In this document: one piece after another, positions 1 to 10,474 of the stretch
How positions within the stretch are numbered: position 1 is the first letter of the stretch
Layout of the letters: each line of letters begins with the position of its first letter
NCBI GenBank assembly: GCA_963676615.1
Contig: OY781092.1
Coordinates: 224,001 to 288,000, forward strand
Reading direction: 5' to 3'
Length of the DNA stretch: 64,000 nt
DNA from: Candidatus Cloacimonadota bacterium
Lineage (GTDB): Bacteria > Cloacimonadota > Cloacimonadia > G963667145
Position numbers and translations under genes: made by a program
The notes under the pieces: model-generated
The model's database searches: none
Told to the model about the DNA's origin: nothing
Seen by the model: only the letters and a program-made list of their open reading frames with translations

Positions 1-561
1 TATGAGGAGCTGGTTTATCAGGGCGAGTTCGTTTCTGTGGCGGAATGTTCGCCGGCGATTAAAGATATTACGGTGGTTGTTAACGGGGCGTCGAAGGCTT
101 TTGCGATGACAGGCTGGCGTCTTGGTTACACGGCTGGTCCAAAGCAGATAATCGCCAAAATGAGCAGCATCCAGTCGCAAGTTTCGTCCAATGTCAACTC
201 GATTAGCCAAAAGGCTTTCATCACGGCGCTGGAGGATAGAGCCGACGATGTGGAGAAGATGCGGGCAGAGTTTGATAAACGGCGGAAGTTTTTGGTTGCC
301 GAGCTTAACTCGATTCAGGGCGTTAAATGTTCGATGCCGACGGGCGCTTTTTACGCTTTTCCCGATATTTCGGCGTTTTTGGGAACAAAAGTTAAAGATG
401 ATTTGGAATTTTGTAACTATATGCTCGAGAATTATCACATTGCGATAGTGCCAGGCTCGGCTTTTGGTGCGGATGGTTGTGTTAGATTTTCCTACGCTAA
501 CTCGATGGACAACCTCGTGGAAGGAATAAAAAGGTTTAAAGAAGGGTTAAAAAGTTTATAA
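1..561 (+). CDS. PLP-dependent class I/II aminotransferase (aspartate aminotransferase-like), 5' truncated by window edge
   Basis: Open from base 1 (YEELVY...); PLP-lysine motif SKAFAMTGWRLGY, PTGAFYAFP, VRFSYA. Confidence 0.9.
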   Translation, partial: YEELVYQGEFVSVAECSPAIKDITVVVNGASKAFAMTGWRLGYTAGPKQIIAKMSSIQSQVSSNVNSISQKAFITALEDRADDVEKMRAEFDKRRKFLVAELNSIQGVKCSMPTGAFYAFPDISAFLGTKVKDDLEFCNYMLENYHIAIVPGSAFGADGCVRFSYANSMDNLVEGIKRFKEGLKSL

Positions 562-2705
562 TGCGAAAATATTTTCTTCTCTTTTTTTTAGTTGCCGGCT
601 CGCTTCTTGTTGCGGCGTTGCCAGAGGCTCTGCAGGGTCGGTATAAGTTCGTTTTTCCGATGGATGATGGGCTGTATAAGGTTTGCGAGGGTAAATATTG
701 GGGAGTTGTCAATAAGGATAACGAGCCGATTATCACGATTGAGTTTCAGCAAGTTGGGGATTTTTCTGATGGACTGATAAGGGCAAGAGGCGGCAATCTT
801 TGGGGCTATTTGAATAACGAGGATAAAGTTGTTATTGATTTTATGTATCGAGAGGCGGACGATTTTCGTAATGGCATAGCAAGGGTGCGCAAAGAGTGGA
901 AATATGGTTATATCGACAAAGAGAACAAGCCCGTGATTCCTTTGATTTACGATTTGCTCTCACGCCCAGAAGAGGGGATTATTACTTTCAAAAAAGGCGA
1001 CACGGTCGGCATTTTAAACGAAGAAAATGAAAGACTTACATCTAAAAAATATTTTCCGCGCGGATTACGCAAAGTCTATCTCAATGGGCGCTATGGCTTT
1101 ATCAATCCTCAGGGCAAAATTGTCGTGCCTATTCAATATGAGGAGATGAACAAAATTTCCGACGATTTTTTCAGTTTTTTGTCTGAAAACAAAGAGGGCG
1201 TTATAAATCCTTATGCGAATAAAATTATCGTTCCCAGTGGTGTTTACGACAAGATTTTGGGGCTGAAAGACGATTTTTTTTATGTCAGCAAAGATTATAA
1301 AGTGGGGCTTATTGGCACAAATGGCGAAGTTGTGGTTGCTCCAGACGAGTACGACACAATTTACGGCTTTAATGGGCAAATCGCAAAAGTGAAAAAGGGC
1401 GATTTGTATGGCGTGATAAATAGAGCGGGAGCGCTGGTCATTCCTGTCAGGTATAAAGAAATTTCAGTGCTCAAAAATGGTTATATTCGTGGAACTAACG
1501 ACGGCAAATTTTATCCCGTTGGTAGAGAAAAGAGGACATATTTTAGCTATAAATTTATAAACGATAGTTTGAGCGATTTGTGCGTGGTTGTGGACGATGG
1601 AATGAGCAAAATTTTGGATGCCAAAACTGGCGATTTGTTGACTAGAAAAAAGTTTGACTATGTGGGGACGAAACTTTACGAGGACGATTTGGTCTATATT
1701 TCTGACAATAAAATTCCTCGTCACTTTGGCTTTTTTAATATTCGTAAAGCAAAAGAGGTGGTGCCGATTAAGTTTGAGGTTTTGCAAAAAACGCTTTTTA
1801 ACAACATCTATCTTGTTAAAGAAGACGGTAAAATGGGGCTTATTTTTGTGACTGATGCCAAATATCGCTATGTTATTAAACCGCAATACGATGAGCTTTC
1901 GCTGGTGAAGATTGCGCCGAATTTTTTGCGAACAAAGACTGAAAAAGGTTACGGTTTGGTTTCCGAAAAAGGTCAGGTGCTTTTATCTGCAAAATATGAA
2001 AACATCACGCCTTTTGAAAAAGGTGGAGCGAAAGTCGAGTTAGATGCGAAGTTTGGAGCGGTAAATTCTGCGGGAAAGTTGTATGTGCCAGCGGAGTATA
2101 TCTATTTGGAGCCTTATAATACGCAAGATTTTTTGGTCGCCAAAAAGCTTTATAAGTTTGGCGTTCTCAATGCAAGGGGCAGAGAGGTTGTCCCGTTTGA
2201 ATACGACCGAATTGATCCTGTTACCAACGGCATTGGCGTTTGTATGATAAATGGCGGCTATGGATTTTTGGGAGCTGACGGCAAGACTCGCGTCCCAACA
2301 AAATATCAGTCAATTTTGGGACTGAGCGGAGATTTTGTTCGCACGGAGTTCGCCTATAAATTTGGGGTGATGACCAAAAAAGGGAAAGAGCTTATCAAGC
2401 CGTCGCTTGATGCGGTTACAGATAGAAATGACGGATTTTTGCTTTTGGTAAAAGACGGGAAAGCTGGCTTGATGAGCCCAAAAGGCAAACTTTTAACGCC
2501 GTATACTTATCAAGCCATCGGCAAATTCCGCGAGGGTTTAGCGATTGTGAAAAAAGATGGTCGGTTCGGCTTCATCGATATGAACGGAAGGGTGCAAATC
2601 CCGATTATTTACAACAATGTGAAAAATTTTGTTGATGGAGTCTCTTTTGTGAATTTGAACGGCGAGCCGATGCGGATTGATAAAAACAACAAAATTTTAG
2701 AATAG
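561..2705 (+). CDS. WG (KWG) repeat-containing exported protein
   Basis: Signal peptide; many repeats such as KYWGVVNK, LWGYLNN, KYGYIDK, RFGFIDMNG...IPIIY. Confidence 0.85.
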   Translation: MRKYFLLFFLVAGSLLVAALPEALQGRYKFVFPMDDGLYKVCEGKYWGVVNKDNEPIITIEFQQVGDFSDGLIRARGGNLWGYLNNEDKVVIDFMYREADDFRNGIARVRKEWKYGYIDKENKPVIPLIYDLLSRPEEGIITFKKGDTVGILNEENERLTSKKYFPRGLRKVYLNGRYGFINPQGKIVVPIQYEEMNKISDDFFSFLSENKEGVINPYANKIIVPSGVYDKILGLKDDFFYVSKDYKVGLIGTNGEVVVAPDEYDTIYGFNGQIAKVKKGDLYGVINRAGALVIPVRYKEISVLKNGYIRGTNDGKFYPVGREKRTYFSYKFINDSLSDLCVVVDDGMSKILDAKTGDLLTRKKFDYVGTKLYEDDLVYISDNKIPRHFGFFNIRKAKEVVPIKFEVLQKTLFNNIYLVKEDGKMGLIFVTDAKYRYVIKPQYDELSLVKIAPNFLRTKTEKGYGLVSEKGQVLLSAKYENITPFEKGGAKVELDAKFGAVNSAGKLYVPAEYIYLEPYNTQDFLVAKKLYKFGVLNARGREVVPFEYDRIDPVTNGIGVCMINGGYGFLGADGKTRVPTKYQSILGLSGDFVRTEFAYKFGVMTKKGKELIKPSLDAVTDRNDGFLLLVKDGKAGLMSPKGKLLTPYTYQAIGKFREGLAIVKKDGRFGFIDMNGRVQIPIIYNNVKNFVDGVSFVNLNGEPMRIDKNNKILE

Positions 2706-2865
2706 ATTTTTCTGTTTTTTTAGACCGAACTCTTAGTTTTTCTTGGGTAAAATTGTTTGCTTGGAATTGCTAAGAGTTTTTTTTATTGTGTAAATTTCTT
2801 GACAGTATTTAGGCGTTTAGCGAAATGGCTAAATAGAAAATATTTCATATTTAAAGGAGAGAAAA

Positions 2866-3168
2866 ATGGATTTGAGTAAAGAAAATTTCGCGGAAGTGAC
2901 AGCAAAAGGGACGGTTTTGGTCGATTTTTGGGCGCCTTGGTGCGGTCCGTGCAGGATGCTCTCGCCAGTGATTGACGAGCTGGAAAAGGAGATGGCTGAT
3001 GTGACTTTTGCCAAAGTGAATGTCGATGACGAGCCGGAGCTTGCCAAAGATTTCCAGGTGATGAGTATTCCAGCGGTGTTCATTCTGAAAGATGGTAAAA
3101 AAGTGGACGAGTTTGTTGGGGTGCAGCCAAAAGAGAGCATCGCCGCCAAGCTTAACGCTGCGAAATAG
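2866..3168 (+). CDS. trxA: Thioredoxin
   Basis: VDFWAPWCGPC active site; RBS aaggag upstream. Confidence 0.95.
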   Translation: MDLSKENFAEVTAKGTVLVDFWAPWCGPCRMLSPVIDELEKEMADVTFAKVNVDDEPELAKDFQVMSIPAVFILKDGKKVDEFVGVQPKESIAAKLNAAK

Positions 3169-3530
3169 TGGTTCGGCATCTAGCGATTTTTAAGGCGCTG
3201 GCGCACAAAACTAGGTTGCAGATCGTGCTGATGTTGCGCCGCCGCAGTTTGTGTGTTTACCAGATTACGGAGCTTATTGGTTGCTCGATGGCGACGATTT
3301 CGGCTCATCTGAAAGTTCTGAAAGATGTGCAACTCATTGATAGTCAAAAGGTTGACCAGCATGTTTATTATAACACAAATTGTTTGAGTTGCGGCGAAGA
3401 TTGCAATATTTGTCAGATGCTGGACGGTTTGGTTTTGGATGAGCAAACGCTGGATTTGCTCAGGAGAGTGGAGCAGAAGTTTCCGCCTTCAGACAAAATT
3501 TACGATTGCGAGAATGGAGATTTGAGGTAG
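3168..3530 (+). CDS. ArsR/SmtB family transcriptional regulator
   Basis: FKALAHKTRLQIV...LCVYQI...ATISAHLKVLK winged HTH; Cys-rich C-terminus. Confidence 0.9.
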   Translation: MVRHLAIFKALAHKTRLQIVLMLRRRSLCVYQITELIGCSMATISAHLKVLKDVQLIDSQKVDQHVYYNTNCLSCGEDCNICQMLDGLVLDEQTLDLLRRVEQKFPPSDKIYDCENGDLR

Positions 3531-3532
3531 TT

Positions 3533-4936
3533 ATGAAGAAGAAAAAGTTTGATTTGCTGGTTGTCGGGCTCGGACCTGCGGGAATGGCTGTGACGGCAAT
3601 GGGTGCGGCAATGGGACTAAAGGTTTTGGTCATCGAGCAAAATAAATTGGGCGGAGAGTGCTTGAATGTTGGGTGCATTCCGTCGAAGGCGCTACTGAAG
3701 GCCGCGGCGTCTGTGCACACTGCTGGTCATTTGTCCAAATTTGGGATAAATGCGCAGCTGGAGCTCTTGCGAAACGATTCTATGAGTGTCGTCAGGGGCA
3801 AGGTGGACAAGATAAACAATAAGAAGTTGCAAAAAACTTTTGAAAAAGCGACGATTGTAAAAGCTACCGCTTCTTTTGTTTCGCCGAAAGAGGTGCAGGC
3901 TGACGGGCAAATCTACACGGCGAAGAAAATTTTTATCGCCACGGGGACAACGCCGATGATTCCGCCGATTGCGGGGTTAGATCAAGTGCCGAAGTTGACC
4001 AACGAGAACATTTTCGACTTGGACGAATACCCCAAAAGCCTTACGATTATTGGCGGTGGAGCCATTGGCTGTGAGATGGCGCAAGCTTTTGCCAGAATGG
4101 GCACGAAGGTGACGGTGATGCACAAAGACGCTCACTTGTTGCCGCTTGGCGATGTTGAGGCTGGCGAGCTTTTGCAGGCGGAGTTTGCCAAAGAGGGAAT
4201 TGAGGTTTATAACGGCGCCAGCATTACCAAAGTGGAGGAAGTCGGCGGCGAGATTGTCACGCATTTGGGCGATGAAAAGGTTGTTTCGGAACGGATTTTG
4301 GTCGCTGCTGGTCGGTTTCCGTCGCTGAAAAAGCTGAATTTGGATGCCGCGAAAATCAAGTATAGCCGCAGTGGGATTGCGGTGAATCAGCATCTTCGCA
4401 CAAATCGCGCGGGCGTGTATGCCGTGGGCGATTGTAACGGCTTGGCGCTCTTTTCGCACGCGGCGATGCATCAGGGGATGTTGGCGTTGATGGACGCTAT
4501 TTCGCCGCTTAGGTTGTCGTTTTTGAAGCGCAAAAAATACTTGGTGCCGTGGTCGGTTTTTACCTCGCCAGAAGTGGCGCAAGTGGGTTTGGACGAAAAT
4601 CAGGCGAAGGAAAAGGGCTTGAAGTTTGAAGTGGTGAAGAAAGATTTTGCCGACTATGGCAGGCTCGTTGCGGACGGCGCGCCTGAAGGATTTATCAAGG
4701 TGCTGGTGAGCAAAACTGGCAAGATTTATGGCGCTACAATCGTTGGTGAGTCGGCGAGCGAGCTTATTCACGAGTGGATTTTTGCTATGCAAACGGGCAA
4801 AAAAATGCAGCACATTATGATGATGCAGCACAGTTTTCCAACGGTGTCGATGATCAACAAAATGGTTGCTGAGCAGTGGATGATGGGCAAAATGAAGCTG
4901 GGTTTTGTGCAAAAAATGGCGAAATGGCTGGTGTAG
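3533..4936 (+). CDS. Pyridine nucleotide-disulfide oxidoreductase (dihydrolipoamide dehydrogenase/mercuric reductase family)
   Basis: GLGPAG FAD motif, GGECLNVGCIPSK redox disulfide, IIGGGAIG, C-terminal HSFPT; ATG at 3533 after gagg. Confidence 0.88.
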   Translation: MKKKKFDLLVVGLGPAGMAVTAMGAAMGLKVLVIEQNKLGGECLNVGCIPSKALLKAAASVHTAGHLSKFGINAQLELLRNDSMSVVRGKVDKINNKKLQKTFEKATIVKATASFVSPKEVQADGQIYTAKKIFIATGTTPMIPPIAGLDQVPKLTNENIFDLDEYPKSLTIIGGGAIGCEMAQAFARMGTKVTVMHKDAHLLPLGDVEAGELLQAEFAKEGIEVYNGASITKVEEVGGEIVTHLGDEKVVSERILVAAGRFPSLKKLNLDAAKIKYSRSGIAVNQHLRTNRAGVYAVGDCNGLALFSHAAMHQGMLALMDAISPLRLSFLKRKKYLVPWSVFTSPEVAQVGLDENQAKEKGLKFEVVKKDFADYGRLVADGAPEGFIKVLVSKTGKIYGATIVGESASELIHEWIFAMQTGKKMQHIMMMQHSFPTVSMINKMVAEQWMMGKMKLGFVQKMAKWLV

Positions 4937-4940
4937 AGCG

Positions 4941-5300
4941 GTGAGTGTGCTGATAATTGGGGCGTCCAAAAAAGAGGAGCGTTATTCGCACAAGGCGATG
5001 AAATTGCTGTGGGAGCACGGCTACGAGGTGCTTTTGTTTCATCCGAAAGTGCGGGAGATTTTGGGGCACAAGGTAATCAACAGCTGGGATCAGGCGATTC
5101 CGCCGGTGGACACGGTGAGTGTGTATGTGAATCCAAAAACGCTCTGGGAGATGCGGGAAGATGTGGCGAATTTGCAGCCACGGCGGATAATTTTTAACCC
5201 CGGCACGGAGGACGAAAAACTGATTTCGTTCTTCCAAAAAAAGGGCATCCAAGCGCTGCAGGCTTGCACTTTGGTGATGCTCAAAACAGGAATTTTTTAG
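4941..5300 (+). CDS. CoA-binding protein (YccU-like)
   Basis: VLIIGASKKEERYS, VDTVSVYVNP, IIFNPGTE, ACTLVML. Confidence 0.85.
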   Translation: MSVLIIGASKKEERYSHKAMKLLWEHGYEVLLFHPKVREILGHKVINSWDQAIPPVDTVSVYVNPKTLWEMREDVANLQPRRIIFNPGTEDEKLISFFQKKGIQALQACTLVMLKTGIF

Positions 5301-5315
5301 AAAAAGAGGTGTTTG

Positions 5316-6263
5316 ATGAATAATCGATTGTCGTATTTTTATAACTCGTTTTTTGCAGTCGTGCTGGGCTTTTCGGGCTTTACGCTGGCTTTGCAAAAAG
5401 TCTCGCATTTGCTGGATTGGGGCGATGTCTATCTTTATTTTTTGGGCTTTACGATATTTTTGGCGGTGATAATTTTTGGCACCTATTTGGCAAAAATTTT
5501 CCGCTATCCGCAGGCGTTTTTGGCTGATCTTTCGCATCCGATTCGCATCAATTTTTTCCCTGTAATTCCCAAAGTTCTTTTAATTTTCAGCATAATATTT
5601 TTGCCGCTGCAGCTGGAAGTCGCCAGAATCTTGTGGTGGTGCGGCGCCGCTTCGCAGATATTTTTCTCGTTTTACAACATCTCGCAGTGGATAAATCGCG
5701 ATAACCTCGAGTATCATCACCTGAATCCAGCGTGGTTCATCCCCGTTGTGGGAAATGTTATCGCGCCGATTGCGGGCGTGCGGCTTGGCTACGAGCAGCT
5801 TTCGTGGTTTTTTTTCGCCATCGGAATTTTTATGTGGCTGGTTCTTTTCAGCATCGTTATCAATCGCATTTTGTTTCATAAACCCATACCAGACAAGCTG
5901 TTACCGTCGCTCTTTATTCTTTTTGCGCCGCCGTCGATAGCTTTCATCTCCTACACAAAACTTGTCGGGAATGTCGAAAATTTCGGCGTTGTCCTCTACT
6001 ATTTTTCGCTATTTTTGGCTGGATTGGTCTTTTTGCAGGGCAAAAAACTTTTGAAAATCGAATTTTCGCTGGCGTGGTGGGCATACTCATTCCCTTTGGC
6101 GGCGCTCACTGTGTCCACTTTGTTGTTTTACGAACTGACTCATTTTGTTTTCGTCAAAGGCTTGCTTTTTTTCTTCTTCGGGCTGCTGACATTTTTCGTC
6201 GCCCTTCTGTCTTATCTAACTTTGAAAGGCATAGCGCAGAAATCGCTCTGTCGCCCAGAATAA
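5316..6263 (+). CDS. SLAC1/TDT family anion channel (TehA-like tellurite resistance/dicarboxylate transporter)
   Basis: About 10 TM helices; HPIRINFF, NPAWFIPVVGN, FSLAWWAYSFPLAA. Confidence 0.88.
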   Translation: MNNRLSYFYNSFFAVVLGFSGFTLALQKVSHLLDWGDVYLYFLGFTIFLAVIIFGTYLAKIFRYPQAFLADLSHPIRINFFPVIPKVLLIFSIIFLPLQLEVARILWWCGAASQIFFSFYNISQWINRDNLEYHHLNPAWFIPVVGNVIAPIAGVRLGYEQLSWFFFAIGIFMWLVLFSIVINRILFHKPIPDKLLPSLFILFAPPSIAFISYTKLVGNVENFGVVLYYFSLFLAGLVFLQGKKLLKIEFSLAWWAYSFPLAALTVSTLLFYELTHFVFVKGLLFFFFGLLTFFVALLSYLTLKGIAQKSLCRPE

Positions 6264-6273
6264 AGCCGTTGAT

Positions 6274-6927
6274 CTACGGGGAAACCAAATATCCGCCCTT
6301 TTCGGCGAGCCATTTTTTCGCTTTTTGATACTCCGGAAAAATTTTTTCTAGGGCGTGCCAAAAAGATTTGCCGTGATGTGGGTAGTTTAGGTGAGTCAGC
6401 TCGTGGGCGACGACATAGGCGATGATGCCTTTGGGCGCTTTGACGAGGTTCCAGTTGAGGTTGATGTTGCCCAAGGATGAGCAAGACCCCCAGCGAGTTT
6501 TGGCGGACGATAGGCGGAGTTTCTCGAATCGCACACCCATTTTTTGGCAGTAAATTTTGGCAATTTCCGCAAAAATTTTTCGCGCTTTATTTTTATACCA
6601 ACGCTCCAGTAGCTGCTGTGGATCTTGGCTTTGCAGGTGTCGCACTGTGATGATGGCGTCGTTTTGCAAAATTGCGGGATTGCAAGAAAATTCAGTTTTC
6701 AGCGTGTAAATTTTCCCCAAAAGCAAAATTTTGTTGCCCGCAAAAAACGAAATTTGTTGTTGCAGTTTGCTACTTTGCTGGTCTATCCACCGTTTTTTTG
6801 CCTCAACGAATTGCATAATTTGCGCCTTTGGCAGCAGCAGCGGCGCTTTGATTAGCAGTTTTTGCGGGGAGACAACTTTTAGGGTGAGGCTTTTTCTTCG
6901 TTCGCGTTTGATTTCGATTTTCAGCAT
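6274..6927 (-). CDS. M48/YgjP (DUF45)-family zinc metallohydrolase
   Basis: KTRWGSCSS, YVVAHELTHL, HGKSFW. Confidence 0.88.
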   Translation of the reverse strand: MLKIEIKRERRKSLTLKVVSPQKLLIKAPLLLPKAQIMQFVEAKKRWIDQQSSKLQQQISFFAGNKILLLGKIYTLKTEFSCNPAILQNDAIITVRHLQSQDPQQLLERWYKNKARKIFAEIAKIYCQKMGVRFEKLRLSSAKTRWGSCSSLGNINLNWNLVKAPKGIIAYVVAHELTHLNYPHHGKSFWHALEKIFPEYQKAKKWLAEKGGYLVSP

Positions 6928-7676
6928 CGGATTTGGAAAAAATTGCAGGCGTTTTTGTAGGTGAGTTTGGCGATTTTTTCGTCTTTTTCGCCTCTGATGG
7001 CGGCAATTTTTTGGATGATGTAGGGCAAATAGAGCGGCGAGTTTCGCTTGCCACGAAAGGGATTTGGCGTCAGAAACGGGCAGTCGGTCTCTACCACAAA
7101 TTTGTCGCTGGGCATTTTGCTGATCAGCTCGTCTTGAGCGCCTTTGTTAAAAGTGATTGCGCCGCCAAGAGCGATGAGCCAGCCGTGGCTAAAAAGCGTC
7201 TGAGCGTATTGGTAATTCCCGCTGTAGCAATGAAATAGCACTTTTTTGGGGTTGTATTCTCGCAAAATTCGATAGCAGTCTTTGTAGGCGTCTCGGCAGT
7301 GGATTATCAGCGGTTTGTTCAGCTCTTGCGCCAGTTCGATTTGCGCACGAAAGGCAAACTCTTGGGCGTCTCGTGGGCTGTAATTTTTGAAATAGTCCAA
7401 GCCGATTTCGCCGATTGCCACCACTTTTTTGTGTCCAGCGAGCTTTTTTAATTTTGGCAAATCAAGGCTTTGCGCTTCGTGCGGATGCACGCCTACAGCC
7501 GCGTAAATTTCGGGGAATTTTTCTGCCAAAGCGATAGACGCGGCGCTACTTTCGGCGTCGGTTGCCACATTCAGCATTTTTTTGACGCCAGATTTGCCAG
7601 CTTGCCTGATAATTTCGTCTCGATCTTGGTCAAAATTTTCCAAATCTAGGTGCATATGGGTTTCAAAAATGCTCAC
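6921..7676 (-). CDS. tatD: TatD family hydrolase/nuclease
   Basis: [36 protein letters not shown]. Confidence 0.93.
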   Translation of the reverse strand: MSIFETHMHLDLENFDQDRDEIIRQAGKSGVKKMLNVATDAESSAASIALAEKFPEIYAAVGVHPHEAQSLDLPKLKKLAGHKKVVAIGEIGLDYFKNYSPRDAQEFAFRAQIELAQELNKPLIIHCRDAYKDCYRILREYNPKKVLFHCYSGNYQYAQTLFSHGWLIALGGAITFNKGAQDELISKMPSDKFVVETDCPFLTPNPFRGKRNSPLYLPYIIQKIAAIRGEKDEKIAKLTYKNACNFFQIRC

Positions 7677-8479
7677 CGCAGGGCGTCCTCCAAAGTTACC
7701 GAGGCGTCCGATTTGTTGTCGCGATATTTGATGATGATCGGGCAGTAAACGCTGAAATTTGGGTTGCTCTTTAGCGGGCGTGAACCAGCGACAACCACGG
7801 CGTTTTCGGGGATAACGGGAGCTTTGTCTTTCTCTTTTGGCAAAAAGCTGTTGGTGGTGGCATCATAGACGGGCGTCGATTTGGTGATGATCACTCCAGA
7901 GGCGAGAATTGCGCGCTTTTGGACGATGACCCCCTCGTAAATTCCGGTGTTTCCGCCGACGAAAACTTCGTCTTCGATAATCACGGGATTTGCGCCGATA
8001 GGCTCCAGCACGCCGCCGATTTGTGCCGCAGCCGATAGGTGAACATTTTTGCCAATTTGGGCGCACGAGCCGACCAATGCGTGCGAATCGACCATCGTGC
8101 CTTCTCCCACATAGGCTCCGACATTTACATACGCAGGCGGCATCACCGTCACGCCTTGCGCAAGGTGAGCTCCGTCGCGCACCGAAGAGCCGCCAGGAAC
8201 GATGCGGATTTTGCTCTCAAGCCCGAAAGTTTGCTCGGGATAGGTCGATTTGTCCAAAAAAATTTGATGACCGTATTTGGGAAAAGCGACAATCTCGCCG
8301 AGGCGAAATCCCAGCAAAATCCCCTTTTTCACCCAGCTGTTCACTTGCCACTGCTGACCAACTTTTTCTGCAGCACGAATTTCGCCGCTGTTCATTTTGG
8401 CGATAAATTTTTTGAAAACCGCCAAATCTTCTGGCGAATGCTTCTTCTTTTCGTATAAACTCTCGATAATCTCTCTCAC
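7673..8479 (-). CDS. dapD: 2,3,4,5-tetrahydropyridine-2,6-dicarboxylate N-succinyltransferase
   Basis: [15 protein letters not shown], hexapeptide repeats, [20 protein letters not shown]. Confidence 0.92.
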   Translation of the reverse strand: MREIIESLYEKKKHSPEDLAVFKKFIAKMNSGEIRAAEKVGQQWQVNSWVKKGILLGFRLGEIVAFPKYGHQIFLDKSTYPEQTFGLESKIRIVPGGSSVRDGAHLAQGVTVMPPAYVNVGAYVGEGTMVDSHALVGSCAQIGKNVHLSAAAQIGGVLEPIGANPVIIEDEVFVGGNTGIYEGVIVQKRAILASGVIITKSTPVYDATTNSFLPKEKDKAPVIPENAVVVAGSRPLKSNPNFSVYCPIIIKYRDNKSDASVTLEDALR

Positions 8480-8489
8480 GCTTGCTCCT

Positions 8490-8894
8490 TTAGTGTTTTT
8501 TTAGATTTGCGGACATTTGTTGATAAATCTCTTTGTCCAATCTTGTGGCTTTGCCATTTTGGGCGAAAGCCCCTGTAATCTCGATGGTTGCGCACAAATC
8601 GCCTTTTTCGTTATAGATTTTTTGCAGCCAATGCGAGCGGACTCGTCCGAGCTTTTTGACCGAACTTTGCACGGTGATATTTTCCGCAAAATCGATTTGC
8701 TTTTGATATTTGATGTGGATGTCGGTGACAAAAATGGCGATGTTTAGCGTCATAAATTTTTTGACAGAAAAGTCGATTTCCTGCAGAACCATCGCGCGCG
8801 CCTCTTCCAAAATTTGGAGGTAGCTGGCGTTGTTCAGGTGCCCATAAATGTCGCATTCGTAGCCGAAAATGTGCCGCTTGTAGCTAAAAGTCAT
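8490..8894 (-). CDS. Acyl-CoA thioesterase (4HBT/YbgC hot-dog family)
   Basis: [21 protein letters not shown] motif. Confidence 0.88.
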   Translation of the reverse strand: MTFSYKRHIFGYECDIYGHLNNASYLQILEEARAMVLQEIDFSVKKFMTLNIAIFVTDIHIKYQKQIDFAENITVQSSVKKLGRVRSHWLQKIYNEKGDLCATIEITGAFAQNGKATRLDKEIYQQMSANLKKH

Positions 8895-9034
8895 AAAAAA
8901 ACTCCTGCTGTTTTAGTTTGTAAATGTTTAACTACAGTTGCGGGGATTAGGTCAACTTTTTTCTCCAGAATTTGCTTTTTTGTTGACAGAAATGGCGTCG
9001 CAAAAATTTTGCACAAAATGAAAAAATTTAAAAT

Positions 9035-9634
9035 ATGCAAAAAAGTTTAAGAGAAAAGAAGAAAGTTCGGCGCAAAAATCTGATTTTGCAAGAGTTCGGC
9101 AGGCTTTTGAAAAAGCGTGGTTTGGACGGTTTTGTGATGAAAGATATTTCCGACAATTTGGAGATTTCGCTGCGCACGCTCTACAACTATTACGACAACA
9201 AAAACGATTTGGTCGCCGATTTTCTCAGCGGAATGTTGCTCGATTTTTTGGGGAAAATTGACGAAAAAGATTTGCCACATAGTGACGATTTTGCCCGAGA
9301 TGTGAACGCTCTTTTGGCGTCGTTTTTCAATTTGCCGTTTTCCGAAGAGCAGATGCGAGTGATTTGGAAAAGTTATTTTGTGGGAAGTGTTGTCTCGCAA
9401 GAGCGGATTGAACTTTTTCAAAAGGTGGATAGGCTTTGCATCGCGCAGATTGGCAAAATTGTCCAAAATCACAAAAAAGTTCTAAAAGAGAGTTGCGAGT
9501 TGGTTGCGGAGATTTTTTATACGCTTTTTACGACTAGTTTTACCAAGTTTGTTGTGGGCGAAATAAGCGTTGCGCAGGCACGGCAGGAGCTGAAAAAAAA
9601 GGTGGAGATTGTGAGTAAAGGAGTTTTGCGATGA
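9035..9634 (+). CDS. TetR/AcrR family transcriptional regulator
   Basis: N-terminal HTH (MKDISDNLEISLRTLYNYYDNKNDL). Confidence 0.9.
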   Translation: MQKSLREKKKVRRKNLILQEFGRLLKKRGLDGFVMKDISDNLEISLRTLYNYYDNKNDLVADFLSGMLLDFLGKIDEKDLPHSDDFARDVNALLASFFNLPFSEEQMRVIWKSYFVGSVVSQERIELFQKVDRLCIAQIGKIVQNHKKVLKESCELVAEIFYTLFTTSFTKFVVGEISVAQARQELKKKVEIVSKGVLR

Positions 9635-10386
9635 AGATTTTTTATTTTTCTGGAACGGGAAACACGCTGTATGTCGCCAAAGAGGTGGCGAAAAATGAGG
9701 AGAATTTAGAGCTGGTGAGCATCAAAAATTGCATTGGGAAAGCTCTTGCGCCCACGGGAGCTGTGGGAATTGCTTTTCCGCTTTACGCTTTTGGTTTGCC
9801 GAAGATGGTGCGGAAATTTTTGCAAGAGGCGGATTTTAGCAAGGTGGACTATTTTTTTGCGTTGCAGACCCGCAGTAAGTCGCCAGGGCGAGCTTTTGCT
9901 GATGTGCAAAAATTATCTGGGCGCAAGCTGGACGCCTCTTTTGTGGTGAATATGCCGTCGGGTTATTTGCCGTTTGGGGAGCTGGAGAGCGACGAAAAGC
10001 GCGAGGAGATTTTGAGTAAAGCGGCGAAAAAGATTGCGGCGATTGGGGAAAAAGTGCAAGGCAGAGCGCGCCAGAGAGTTTTTGAGTTTTGCCTGATTAG
10101 GCTGGTGGCGTTGCCGATTTATTGGGTGTGGCAGCGGTTTAGCGATTTGGGGAAGAGTTATTTTGCCGATAGTAAATGCACGGGTTGCGGGATTTGCAGC
10201 AAGGTGTGTCCTGCTGGTTGTATCACGATGAAAGATGGCGTGCCGCAGTGGCAGGCGGGTAAATGCGAGAGCTGTATGGCGTGCATAAATTATTGTCCAG
10301 CAAGGGCTTTGCAGCTAAATCAGAAGACGAAAGGGTATGGTCGCTATCATCATCCAGCGATTGACTGGAAGCAGATTGTGCAATAA
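9631..10386 (+). CDS. EFR1-family flavodoxin-ferredoxin fusion
   Basis: YFSGTGNT flavodoxin motif plus two CxxCxxCxxxCP 4Fe-4S motifs; ends RYHHP. Confidence 0.9.
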   Translation: MKIFYFSGTGNTLYVAKEVAKNEENLELVSIKNCIGKALAPTGAVGIAFPLYAFGLPKMVRKFLQEADFSKVDYFFALQTRSKSPGRAFADVQKLSGRKLDASFVVNMPSGYLPFGELESDEKREEILSKAAKKIAAIGEKVQGRARQRVFEFCLIRLVALPIYWVWQRFSDLGKSYFADSKCTGCGICSKVCPAGCITMKDGVPQWQAGKCESCMACINYCPARALQLNQKTKGYGRYHHPAIDWKQIVQ

Positions 10387-10474
10387 TTTTGCGGGAAATG
10401 AGCTTGTCGGGCGTCAAAGTTTTTCGTGAAGTTATAGAGTAATTTGCGGATTTTTAATGTGAGGATTTAAGAGA

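Noticed and set aside
3533..4936. Calling the flavoprotein merA or lpdA
   Set aside because: No C-terminal Cys-Cys or NmerA domain, no mer genes and no 2-oxoacid dehydrogenase neighbours; left at family level.
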